A stretch of DNA of 64,000 nucleotides from Paraspadella gotoi (lineage: Eukaryota; Animalia; Chaetognatha), in NCBI GenBank assembly GCA_051294375.1, contig CM119264.1:4373320-4437319 (forward strand). The letters run 5' to 3'. Below are positions 52,379-64,000 of this stretch, one piece after another. The notes under the pieces are model-generated. The model saw only the letters and a list, made by a program, of their open reading frames with translations, made no database searches and was not told the origin of the DNA. Each line of letters begins with the position of its first letter. Position 1 is the first letter of the stretch. The translations under genes were made by a program, and so were the position numbers.

Positions 52379-53561
52379 CTCCAAAATAGACGCCTCCGCG
52401 ATATCCATCGCCACGAATTTCAAAAACAATAAAATCTTCGCGACCTCAACGACCTCTTTCTGTTTCTGTTTCTGTTTCTGTTTTCTCGGTCGTTTTCTGT
52501 TTCTGTTTTATATTTTTGTTTCGTTCTGTTTTACTCTGTCTTTTTTCTATCTTGTTTCGTCTGTTTCTGTCTTCTCTTTCCCTTGATTGTTTTTCTGTTT
52601 CTCTCCGTCCTTCCAAAGCGCTTCTCCTTTCTTTAACCTTGTCTCCCTTTATATTTCAGTCTTTCTCCTTTCTTTTCTTTTTTTTTCTTTCCTTTTCTTT
52701 TTATTTTCTTTTTTTCTTTCTTCCTTTCTTCTTTAATGGAAAAAGAAAGAGAAAAAAAAATCGCGTTTCCATTCGATTTCGTCGAAAAGCGTTTTTTTTT
52801 TCTTTGAGATTTAAAAAGTCCATTTCGGGACCTCATTTTTTTTTATTCTGCTCCTTTTAAGGATTTAAAAACTCCATCTCGAGTTATGATAATCCTTTTT
52901 TCTTCCCATTGAAAACTGAAAAAGATTATTACTGGTTAAGTTTTTTAGTATTTAATTTTAATCTAATTTAAATCAAGTAGATTCAATACGTTTACGACTC
53001 TTTTGATGCATTTTCCTCAGGAAGGTTTATTTGAACGGTTTTTTAAGTAGATCTTCAGCGATATTGTTAACTTGTTAATTATAATCTTAACCAACAGTTA
53101 TAATTTTAGGCTTAGGTCTTCTTTTCTGGTAAAATTTTTACTCAAAATCTCAAAATAAAATCATCTCTTTCTCGACTCTTCCTCATTTCTCAGAAAAGCT
53201 TCGGCTGAAATGAAGGGAAATCGTAGAAAATCATTGGTTCGACGAAAGAGCGGTTTGAAGAATATTAAATCTTTTATACGCTTTGGTCTTGACACCGTTT
53301 AATTAAATTAAAGGGAAAATCGCGGAAAACGTTTGCTAGTTCTTCGTTGGTTAAAAACTTAATCAATCATTTCATTTTTTTTTTATTTAATTTTATTTGC
53401 TATCGGTGATTATGTTTTCGGAAGAAAAAAAAATCTATTCATTAAAAAGTAATTAATTAGATTATTTTTCTCGTCGTTTATCTTTTAAAGTTAAACAATC
53501 TATTCCGTGGTTAGACAAGGAATATCAGTGCGACTGAAATTTCATCAGCCATTTATAGATG

Positions 53562-53593
<32 letters not shown>

Positions 53594-54044
53594 GTCTCTT
53601 CCACTTTCTCGATACAGAATAAAATTTTATTTCAACTCAAACTTTTTCTTTCTTTTTTATTCGAATTTCGTTCCACTCATCTTCTTTCTTTCTTTATTTC
53701 TCGATTTCTTTCTTTTTTTCTTTCTTTCTTTCTTTCTTTCTTTCTTTATCTTATCTTTCTTTCTTTCTTTTCTTTCATTCTTTATTTCTTTCTTTTCATT
53801 CTTTCTTTCTTTCTATTTTCATCCTTTATTTCTTCCTTTCTTTTTTTTTTCTTTCTTTCTTTCTTTCTTTCTTTCTTGTTTTTTCTTTGGTTTTTCATTT
53901 TTGTCTATATTTTTTCATTATCTATTTCTTTTCTTTTCTTTTTCTCTCTCATTTTCTTTTTCTGACTTTCCATTTCAACGCTTTGGTTAAAAAAAGCTTT
54001 CGTCTTCCTAAAAAACAAATCGTCTCGCTCTCAAAGTCTTTTCA

Positions 54045-54102
<58 letters not shown>

Positions 54103-56509
54103 CGTTACTTTTTTACGTTCCTAAAAAATAAAACTACGATATGCTAAATTAATCCATCTGAAAGATTAAAGATTAATTTTTATTCAATATTGATTTAAAA
54201 AAAACTAGAAAATAGCACTCGATCATTCAATATTCATATTTTTGTTTATAACTCAATTATACGATATTCGTTCATACGCAATATAGATCAATTTGAAGAA
54301 AACCAAATTATTCAGCGCGCCTTCACGCGAATGAATAAAACAAAACAAGAACTTTNNNNNNNNNNNNNNNNNNNNNNNNNACTTTTTTCCCTTATTTTTG
54401 TGGGGGTGGGGTTTGGCCCCCACCCTCCTTTCTTCTCTTCTTTTCTCCTCTTGTTTATTTTTCCTCATCAAAATTGATTTTTCATTACTTAATTACGAAG
54501 ACGAGCGCGGAGGAAAAGACGGAAGGCAACATTTTTTATGATGGGAGATGAAGGACAGATCGAAAGAAAATTATTCATTTTTGACCGACAGGAGTTTAAG
54601 AAAATTTTCCGTCTTTATGGATCTCAGGAGACAGGATGAGAAAAAAATACTTTTGTGGTAGAGTTCCGGGTTGGAGAGACAGGGGTTTAATGAATATCTT
54701 TATGAAAGGAGATTTAGAAAGAACAGTGTTGAAGAAAATTTCCATTTTAGGAGGGTTTATGGAATTGGAAGGACAGAGTAGAAGAAAATTTTTCCATCGA
54801 ACACGGTTTCCATCTTTTATTTATACTCTTTTTTTTTTATATTTTCACGATAACAATTTTTTTTTTTCTTATTTCTTGTCTTCGATGTTTCACTTTTTTT
54901 TTTCCTTCTTTTTTTCTTTACCTTCTACTTATTTCTCCATCGCTTTTTTTTCTCGTTCTCTTCTACTTTAAACTTTCTCTTCGCTCATGCATCTCACAAT
55001 CTCTCCTTTATTCTCTCTATTCTTTTATATGGGGTGATTCTTTACTCTTCTATTATTTTCATCTATTGTCTTTCTTCCACTCTCTCTCTTCTTCTCCATC
55101 TCGTCTCATCCCTCTCTCCATCCCTTCTCTCCTCCTCTCGGTTCTTTTTTTGGGTTCTCTTCTTTCTTTCTTCTCTTTCGTCATTTTTTCTATTTTTCGG
55201 TTTGTGTTAACACAGTGTTTTCCTTTTGTTCTCACTTCCTCTCTCGATGTGACTTCTTTCTTCCTCCTCAAACTTTCCCTTTTTCCTTATTTTACCATCT
55301 CGGTTCTTTTCTCTACTCCTTCTTAGGCGCTCACAGTGTTCCCTTAACCTCATCCCACTCCTTCGTCTTCTTCTCCACTCGGCGGAGCGATTTTCCCCAC
55401 CTTTCACCTCCTCTAATTCTTCGGTTTTTCCTCTCTTCTTTTACCCTCTCTCCCTCTCTAGAAACAAACTTACTAATTTTTAGAGTCGCCGTTTTTTTTC
55501 CTCTCAAAAACTAAAAGTCTCCATATTCAACTTTTATGTGAAACTCGAGTCTCGTGGAACTATTTTGACTAACGGCGATGGACCACGACGCGACGTAACG
55601 GAACGACGATAGACGACGACTGGCATCTCACATGTCAATATCATTCCTTTCCTTCTGCTTCAAAGAGGGTGGCTTGTGTGTTGCTCAAGAGAAGAGAATC
55701 CTTCTAGATCGGCTGTTGATATGGAGAGTCACATCACGAAAGATATGGACCCAGGAAATGCAAGGGTCAAAAAAGGTCGTGAAAATTGTTTAAAAATCTT
55801 AAAGATTTTTTTTGCCTTCTAAAATATTTTCTTTAAAAAGAAAAATAGTTGTATTGTATACACCGGTCTTGAGTAGCAATGTTATCTTCTGAAATTTTTC
55901 CAAATGTGAAAGTAAAATCAATATTAACCACAACAACTACTGCACAAACAACCGATGACCTAAATCTTCTTTTTCAACCCTCTTTCTTAGTTTTTCCTTT
56001 AGTTTATGTGACGCATATTAATTCTTGGTCTTTTTTTTTATTTCCAGCTTCGAAACCTTCTTTTATCCCCCCATTTTACACTAAAAGGACATTCTGGACA
56101 CAATTTTGCCATATTCGGTACTTTGCATAGTTATTTAGATATGAATTTTTACTCCTGCAAACATGGTTATTAAAATAAAATAGAATTACCAAAAACCGAA
56201 ACCCTTGAAACAAAAAAAATTCACATTTAGTTTCCTTCCGTTAGGGGTTGTAATCAAAGAGAAAAAATTTTATGACCGGGATGACGTGAGTTGCTAAGAA
56301 AATCATAGTGATCTTTCGGTGGTCTTGCAATAAATTATAATGAACAGAGACTTATCGCATGCTTGCATCGAACTCTGTGTTGTAAGGAGAGGTTTTTACA
56401 TCTTGCCGATTTATCTATCTTAGGTTTGAACTCTTAGTCTTATGAATATATATTTATAAAGCATGTATATAACGTAAAGCAAATATTTTAATAAGTATAT
56501 CATTTTACA

Positions 56510-56574
56510 ATAAAGATAAAGAAAGAACATCGGGCTGATTTTTACTGGTTTGAGAAGTGATAACGTCATCAAGG

Positions 56575-56608
<34 letters not shown>

Positions 56609-57520
56609 GAGATGAGAGAGAGAGAAGGAGAGAGAGAGCAAGAGAGAGAGAGAGAGGAGAGAGAGAGAGATGGGAGCAAATCTGTACATCTCTGGGCCTG
56701 ATTCAGGTTCATTTTTTCCAGTGGTAGAAAAATCGGTTAATTTCATAAGCAAACTCTTTGACTCTTCAGCTATTGTAATGTGAGTAGTGAAGAGAAAGAG
56801 AGAGTAGAAGACGAAGAGGAGTAGAATGATGGGGGGGCAGAATAGTGAAAACTGACAGGAGTGAATGTCAAGAGGGGACGATGGAGCGGTAAGATAGAGT
56901 GGACAGGGTAGACCTGGAGCAAGATACATCATAGGGGGTTGAAAACGAATGTCCGCTAAATTGTTTGAAAAGCGAAACCAAAAGAAAAATGGTACAGATT
57001 TTGGGCATAGAAGCTCTATCATCCTTTAGTACTATTTAGCGATGATCTGAGTAATTTTTCATTGTATATTATGGCTTTATTCTGAAGAGCATTTAATTGA
57101 TAATAGTCCACTGGTTCTGGTTGGGTTGAGACACGTGACAAGTACAACTTTCATTTTCGGTTTCGATTATGTCTATGGCTGGATCTTTTTTAATGAAATA
57201 TTAGTATTAGAATAGCAAAACAAGTACATAGAAATATATCAAAATAAAGGTCGAATAAATAAATTAGAAAAAAGAAAAAGAAAAAGAGAAGAGGCAGACA
57301 CCCGATAAGTTAAAAGAGTCTTATACAAGTTCCAGGATGGTAAACGAGATTGCGAGCGGAGATAGCGTATCGTATATTGGCGACTATGTAAGTTTTTTAC
57401 GTGTGTCTTTTAGTATGCTCGACAAGTCGTGTTGAAAACTCCCTTTTGGGCGCGGTTTCGTGCGGCTATGATTTCGTTTTGTGTTCGGCGCGCGGGCAGC
57501 GACGTATTATTCAGCGAGGT
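56510..57520 (+). repeat. Noisy direct copy of ~58050-58800
   Basis: Shared anchors in the same order: gggagcaaatctgtacat, cataagcaaactctttgac, tgacaggagtgaat, gagtggacagggtagac, aatgaaatattagtattagaata, gttgaaaactcc. Confidence 0.85.
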
Positions 57521-58679
57521 TTCCGGCGGTCTGAGACGGAATTCGGAGTCGGGAGCAGGAGAGGGATGACGGGAGAGCCAGGACAGACGCGACGAGAGAG
57601 AGGAGCCAGAGGGCGAGAGGAGAGCGGACAATCGGAACGCGAGAGAGAGAGAGATACGGAAACGAAAATCAGTCCGAGATAGAGGCGCATGGAGTATGCG
57701 CGGGAGAGGGATTCATTGATTTTTATCTTGCATCGAGCACACATAGCTGAAATGTCAGGTAGACAGAGATAGAAGTTAATAGTCGTGAAGTAAAGAATAG
57801 TAACGCAAGGCATTAGGGAGACGAGAGCACTGTGAGGGAAGATGCGAGAGAAGTTATAGAGGGAAAGAGAGAGAGAAGAGAGAGAGAGAGAGAGGAGAAA
57901 AAAAATTCCGGGGAGAAGAAAAAACTCAGTGATTTGCTGCAATAAATTATATGAAAATCTCGTCTGCATGAACTTGGGTGAGAGTTAAATGGATTATCAG
58001 GTGAAAGAAAAAAAGAGAGATAGAAAGATAGGAAAGAGAACGTATAGAAATCAGAAAGATTAAAGAAACGCTATTTTAACCGTAAAAAAGGGAAACGTCA
58101 TTCAAGTGGCGAGAGAGACGAGAGATCGAGGAGAGAGAGAGAGAGAGAGAAGAGAGAGAGAGGAAGAGAGGAAGAGAAGAGGAGGAGAGTAGAGACGAGA
58201 GAGAGAGACAGAGATTGGGAGCAAATCTGTACATTCTTGGCCGTCAGGGAGAAAAATCGTAAATCATAAGCAAACTCTTTGACGTCCGCTTGTGTGAGAG
58301 TGAGAGAGAGAGAGTGAGAGAGAGAGTGAGAGAGGGGGGCAGATGTGAAATGACAGGAGTGAATTCAAGAGGGATGGATGGAGCGGTAAGAAGGAGTGGA
58401 CAGGGTAGACTGGAGCAAACTAAGCCGCAAGAAAAGCGAACAAAGAAAAGCAGATTATCCTGACGCGATGATTAAATTCGGTTTAAGCTTTCGAGAGCAT
58501 AATAATGTCCATGTTGACACGTGACAGTACAACTTTCATGTTTCAAGTCTCTTAATGAAATATTAGTATTAGAATAAAGAAAAAATAGTAATAGAATAGT
58601 ATCAAAATAAAGTCGAATAAATAATTAGAAAAGAAAGAGAAAGAGAAGATCACACGAAAGTAAAAATCTCGAGAAAAGT

Positions 58680-58980
58680 TTCGACGTACGAGTTAGCGCG
58701 AGTTACGGGTTTAGCCAAGCGTTGAAAACTCCTTTGGCGGCGGCGGCGGCGGCGGCGGTGGCGGCGGCGGGCGGCGGCGGCGGTGGCGGGCGTGGCGGGC
58801 GGCGCGGCGGCGGGTGGCGGCGGGCGGCGGCGGCGTCTTTGACGACGCGCCCGGCATCGAATCGACGTCGGAAGTCGGAAACGAAACAACAGGAGTTTTC
58901 CGTCTCGTGATTTATTCGGCGCCATCTTGTGACCGAAAGTAGGCCGTGGTAAAATATCAGCGCTGGGCGGGCCTTGGAGG
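58680..58980. promoter_or_regulatory. GC/CpG-rich island with (GGC)n, ETS-like and YY1 motifs; candidate promoter
   Basis: cgccatcttg (YY1/Pho, CAAGATGGCG on minus) at ~58920, cggaag at ~58869, GA repeats flanking. Confidence 0.3.
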
Positions 58981-59017
58981 AAAGAAGAGAAGAGAGAGGA
59001 GAGAGGAGAGAGAGAGA

Positions 59018-59050
<33 letters not shown>

Positions 59051-61191
59051 GAGAGAAGAGAGAACTGGTGACAGACAGTAGCTAACAGATGGACATAACA
59101 GATATAAGACATTTAGATGAGAATGGAACACGATTTCTTTCGTCGTCTCCTCGTGACTAAAGTAAATGTCATTTCGGAATGGGAGTCTGATCGTCGTTGT
59201 CGTCCGTCTGTCGTCGTCCGTAGATCCATTTATCATCTGAGTAACACCCATACATTACCTTCGTCAACGACCTCTCATAATTTCCCATTCAATCAAGAAT
59301 AGTTGATCATTCAGCTTTGACTTCGTCGTCGTCGTCGTCGTCATCCTCATCGTCGTCGTACTCGATTAAGCGCAACGGAGGTTCCGTCTTGGTCGTCGTC
59401 GGTCGTCGTCGTCGTTCGTTCTAACTTGACGATTGAAAGATCCTTCTCGTCTATATAATCGTATATCACGTTTTTTCATAATTATCTCTTTATTTTAGCA
59501 CTTTGGTAAGTCGCCAGGCAAGATTGGCGATTCAAAACCTCGATATTTCAAAAAGGCTGGCGACTTTTTTAAAAAAATCGTTTCAAGCCGAAAAACTAAA
59601 AAGGCTAAAAATTTTCACCTTGTAATATTTTGAAAGTCTGTTTTTGGTTAATCGTAATAACATGTATAAATTAATTTCCTTTTGTTATATTATCTTTCTT
59701 CCCTTTCTCTCCTCTCTCATCTCTCCATCTCTCTCTCAATCTTCGTCTCTCTCCCTTTTCCTCTCTCTCTTATATGACTTCTCATCTCTCTCTTCTCTCC
59801 TCTCTGTCCCTTTTTTCTTCGCTTCCTGCCTTTGGCTCCCCATCCTCCAAGTACCAAATTGTAAGTAATATTTTTTTCTCTTGTGTGGAACAGCAATTGC
59901 TACTTTAGCGCTAGCCGCCGTTATGAACATATTTTCAAATTACTTGTTTCACACTTATTTTTTATTTTTTATTTTTTTATAATTTTTTAATGAAAGATTT
60001 ACAACACCACCATTTATCTATATTCTTTAAAAATATATATATATTGGCCTTTTCTTAAAAATTTTTTACCTTATCATTATTCTAATAACCGTTCAATTTT
60101 GGAATGGGAAAGTCAGTGTTGTCTTTCTGTCTGGAAATAGAGGGGTAGGAGCATCTAAACAACAACACAAGGTTTAGATTTACAAAAAATCTGTCCTAGT
60201 TCTTTTCTAATAGATATCACACATCATTCCTGTTAGAAAAGTCATTTAATGAAAAATCATATATCTAATAGGTCTGAAACAGCAAAACAGGGGTGGGAAT
60301 GGGATAATTTTTTGATGGGACCAAGTTTAATATGATTTTTTTTTAAAAAACTAATGATAGGGATAAGACTACAAAGTAAGAATTGTATGTTTCTGATAGG
60401 GATACATACTGGGGAAAAGGTCTAATAGGGGCAACCTTTAATGTCATGAAATATAATTTTAAAATACTTTAACTGAAAAATAATTTTTTTCCTTTATTCC
60501 TAATTTTTTAATGTATTCTATTTTCTGAATATCTTTATCTATTAAATGTTTTATATTAACAATGGGAAGGTCATCAGTTGGGAACCGCTATAAACCTTTT
60601 GCATCGGATTTTCGTCGTAGGCTCTTTTAAATATATATAAATTCACCAATAATCGTCTTTTTTACTCCTGTCACTCACCTCTCTTTCCCTCCTTTTCTTT
60701 CTTCTCTTCTACTTCTCTTTCTCTTTCCCTTTTTCAACTTCATTGCTCTCTTCTCTTCCCTTACCGTCCAATTTAACTTACTTTCTCGATTACATTATCA
60801 GACTTCGCTCTTCTTCCTCACTGTCTTGGCTTTCTCTTCTTTTTCCATTTTCTTTCTCTCTGAGTTGACTGCTCTGGGGGTCTGTCTCTCTCTTCCCTCT
60901 CCCTATCCTCTCTCTCATCTCTCTATCTCTCCTCTCTGTCATCGCACTCTCTCTCGACTCCTCATCTCTAAATCGCTCTCCTTCGCTCTCTCTCCCTCCT
61001 CTCCTCCTCCCTCTCTCCTCCTCCCAGCTCTCATCTCTAGTCTCTATCTCTTCGCTCTCTTCGTCGTCTCTCTCTCTCTCTCTTCTCTATCTGCTCCTTC
61101 TCTCCTCTTTCTCTCTCCTCTTCTCTCTCCTCTCTTCTCTCTTCTCTTCCATCTCTATCTTCTGTTACGACTTCGTCGTCAATTTTCTCTA

Positions 61192-61365
61192 GTCAGACTC
61201 TGACCGGAGATATTCTTGTCTCATTTGTGGGCGTCACGGATCTCAGAGTCGTTGATTGGAAATCCGCCGGCCATTTTATCATCGCCCCCGCCGCCCTTCT
61301 CCGCCCTCCACCATCCCTTCTTTACCCCCGCCAGCCCGTCCGTGCGCCGCACCGCCTCCACCAAA
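61192..61365 (+). CDS. Candidate Pro/Ser-rich exon, product unknown
   Basis: ttttctctag acceptor after pyrimidine tract, GC-rich open frame LTGDILVS... or ...EIFLSHLWASRISESLIGNPPAILSSPPPPFSALHHPFFTPASPSVRRTASTK, weak gt donor. Confidence 0.25.
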
Positions 61366-61871
61366 GTCAATTTTTGTTTCTTTTTATTTTTCTTGTTTTT
61401 GTTTTTTTTATTTTTCTTTCTCCGTACAGGTAAGCTTCATTACCCTTGTTTTCCCTTTGTTCGCGTTCATCTGCTTACAACCATGCAACAACAACAACAA
61501 CAACAAACACTAACAAAAACAACAACAACAACAAGATCGGCGTCCTCGGCGTCATAAACTGGGCGTCGCCTCTTGTCTCTCTGGGTCAACGTCACGAGGG
61601 AGGGAAAGGAACGGATCCCAGGGGTAAAGGGTTAACGGGATGACAGGGGTAAAGAGATTAAAAAGGCTTAGTGGGGACAGGGGTAAAAAAGAGTAAGGTG
61701 TAACAGGGAAAGGGGTAAAATAGTAAGGTGTAACAGAGTAAGGGGTAAAGGGTAGAGGTTCAATGGAACTAGGGTATTAAGACTCTTCTCTGGGATTAAC
61801 ACTCTAGTTATTAAGACTCTGGTTATTAAGACTCTGTGATTACCGAAAGGGAGTTTCCGCTATGAATATAT

Positions 61872-62106
61872 AGCACTCAGCTCATGACGCCACTACAAGG
61901 CGTACCGCAGTTCAATCCAACCCGGTACCTAATTGCGGGAAGTGTCTGAGACGGCCGTAAGCCGCCTTGGCGGCGCGTGGAAAACCCTCAAGCCTGGTTC
62001 CAAGCCCAGGACCCGTTCCATAGCGGCTCGAGGGGGTTATAGAAGTTACGGATAGTCATCTTCAGCCCACTTAGCGCCTTATCCACAGAAATTGTATTTA
62101 TTTTTT
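61872..62106 (+). mobile_element. tRNA-derived SINE, copy 2
   Basis: B-box-like gttcaatcc (61910-61918), body homologous to 20890-21110, AT-rich tail after ttatccacag. Confidence 0.7.
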
Positions 62107-62306
62107 TAAATGGTTTTTGAAATTAAATGACAGACCGAAACGAAAAACGAAAATAACCGACTCAATGAACCCGCCATTCCCTAACCTGCCAACTTAATTT
62201 TCAATTAATAGCTAATAAATGTGTGTAAAAAATGATGTATATATATAAGGGTTACATCCTATGTAAATTTTTTTGACAAAAACCTCTCGATTCCGCTTTG
62301 TCCAAT

Positions 62307-62309
<3 letters not shown>

Positions 62310-62374
<65 letters not shown>

Positions 62375-62412
62375 CCTCTCCCTCTCTCCCTCTTCTTTTC
62401 TCTCTCTCTCTC

Positions 62413-62492
<80 letters not shown>
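62310..62492. repeat. Imperfect (CT)n microsatellite
   Basis: Direct reading. Confidence 0.95.
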
Positions 62493-62494
<2 letters not shown>

Positions 62495-62947
62495 GAAAAC
62501 TGTTGCCGACTCTTGTGGATATTCAAATTGAAGATTAATAAAAATAGGTTCCAGCCAGGGACTTCGTATGCTCACTTGTTCCAAAGTTTCGCCCGATTTT
62601 TCTTTTTTCTTTTTCTCTCCGAATCGAATTTTTTTTTAGTTGTCAAGTTGCGACGTTTTCGTTGGTCTGTGTAAATGAGGCCCAAGTAAAGATGATTCGA
62701 TGAGCATTAGAATGGAGGATAAAAGAAAATAATATCACAAACGAAATCGAATTCTTTAGAAATTTAAATACTCGCTTAGAAATGAATTCGCTCCCTCTGT
62801 TCAAAATCCGGTTGATAAACTTTGCCTTTTTTAGAATTTTTTAATATTTTTTTGGTTTACTAATATTTTTCTTCTTTTTCCACTTTATAAAAATGAATGA
62901 TTATACAAGTAGCTAAATTTGCAATTTTTATCTCCACCATCTTCTAT

Positions 62948-62994
62948 TGGTGGCAGCGATGAGATTCGAACCAATGCTTCTGCCGAGACCTGTC
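62948..62994 (-). pseudogene. tRNA-Leu 3'-half fragment with encoded CCA
   Basis: Minus strand acaggtctcggcagaagcattggttcgaatctcatcgctgcca-cca resembles the eukaryotic tRNA-Leu 3' half (long variable arm, T-loop GGTTCGAATC, CGCTGCCA); 5' half absent. Confidence 0.65.
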
Positions 62995-63008
62995 ATGTAT
63001 GAATATAT

Positions 63009-63108
63009 GAATGAATGAATGAATGAATGAATGAATGAATGAATGAATGAATGAATGAATGAATGAATGAATGAATGAATGAATGAATGAATGAATGAAT
63101 GAATGAAT
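63009..63108. repeat. (GAAT)n microsatellite
   Basis: Direct reading. Confidence 0.95.
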
Positions 63109-63280
63109 GTATATATGTATGATTACGATAATATGCAAATGGCCTTGAGAAACTCAATCTCATTTGAAATAATCCACAAATAAAACTGCTACATGAAAAG
63201 AGTAAATTCAAAAGGAATTTGTTTTAAAAATCGATTCCAAAGCTGATCTGCGAAGTTAATCGTGAAGTTAATTAACGGAG

Positions 63281-63318
63281 AAAACAAGTTTGAGCAAACA
63301 ATGTCGGATCTGCCCACG
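63281..63318 (+). mobile_element. End of a family A HINE-like copy, truncated by gap
   Basis: aaaacaagtttgagcaaacaatgtcggatctgcccacg is the reverse complement of ~823-857 apart from a few substitutions. Confidence 0.6.
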
Positions 63319-64000
63319 NNNNNNNNNNNNNNNNNNNNNNNNNNNNNNNNNNNNNNNNNNNNNNNNNNNNNNNNNNNNNNNNNNNNNNNNNNNNNNNNNN
63401 NNNNNNNNNNNNNNNNNNNNNNNNNNNNNNNNNNNNNNNNNNNNNNNNNNNNNNNNNNNNNNNNNNNNNNNNNNNNNNNNNNNNNNNNNNNNNNNNNNNN
63501 NNNNNNNNNNNNNNNNNNNNNNNNNNNNNNNNNNNNNNNNNNNNNNNNNNNNNNNNNNNNNNNNNNNNNNNNNNNNNNNNNNNNNNNNNNNNNNNNNNNN
63601 NNNNNNNNNNNNNNNNNNNNNNNNNNNNNNNNNNNNNNNNNNNNNNNNNNNNNNNNNNNNNNNNNNNNNNNNNNNNNGAAAAAGAAGAATAATCAATTAG
63701 TGAAACAGGTTTTTTTTTTGTTTTTGTTTTTTTTTCATTTAAACTCATTTCCACTCGGACGATTCCATCGAACCTTGATTTCCAGCTTAATCACACACTT
63801 TTATAATATATTAGCCCACGTTCCATCTAAAAATCATTCACCATGATTCGACATTTCTTATTATAAATAATGTCCATTTCTGGCTAAATTTTTTTTCGCA
63901 TCAAGAAAAAATTATGGAGGGTAATGGGATTAGAGTTCGAGGTTATGAAGGTCGTAAAAATGACGGAGAAAATAATGAGAGATTTCGAGGGGATAAAATG

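Noticed and set aside
61192-61255. RRYSCLICGR resembling a C2H2 zinc finger start
   Set aside because: Frame stops before any HxxxH pair.
61620-61836. ggggtaaa and tattaagactct short repeats
   Set aside because: Degenerate minisatellites with no partner terminus found to define an element.

Overview
Eukaryotic, probably invertebrate-animal, AT-rich draft scaffold. It is dominated by microsatellites (GA/CT, GAC/GTC, GGC, GAAA, GAAT, CAT) and has many N gaps, six of them exactly 25 N. Several segments look like unpolished long-read sequence. No protein-coding gene can be named, and nearly all ORF-track entries are microsatellite or N read-throughs. The first 27 kb is one locus written repeatedly: a ~4.4-kb tandem copy, a ~6.6-kb inverted copy and a third copy after a gap, most plausibly gap-filling or scaffolding artefacts. 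The credible biological signals are small: a Penelope-type minimal hammerhead ribozyme inside an inverted repeat (~20.7-20.86 kb), two Helentron/HINE-like families, a tRNA-derived SINE (2 copies), a tRNA-Leu 3' half with encoded CCA, a 30/31-nt repeat with pentapeptide-like coding potential, scattered candidate exons, an E-box cluster, a YY1/GA-repeat promoter-like island and a possible recursive splice site. I found no convincing novel multi-gene system. All comparisons were made by eye; no searches were run.
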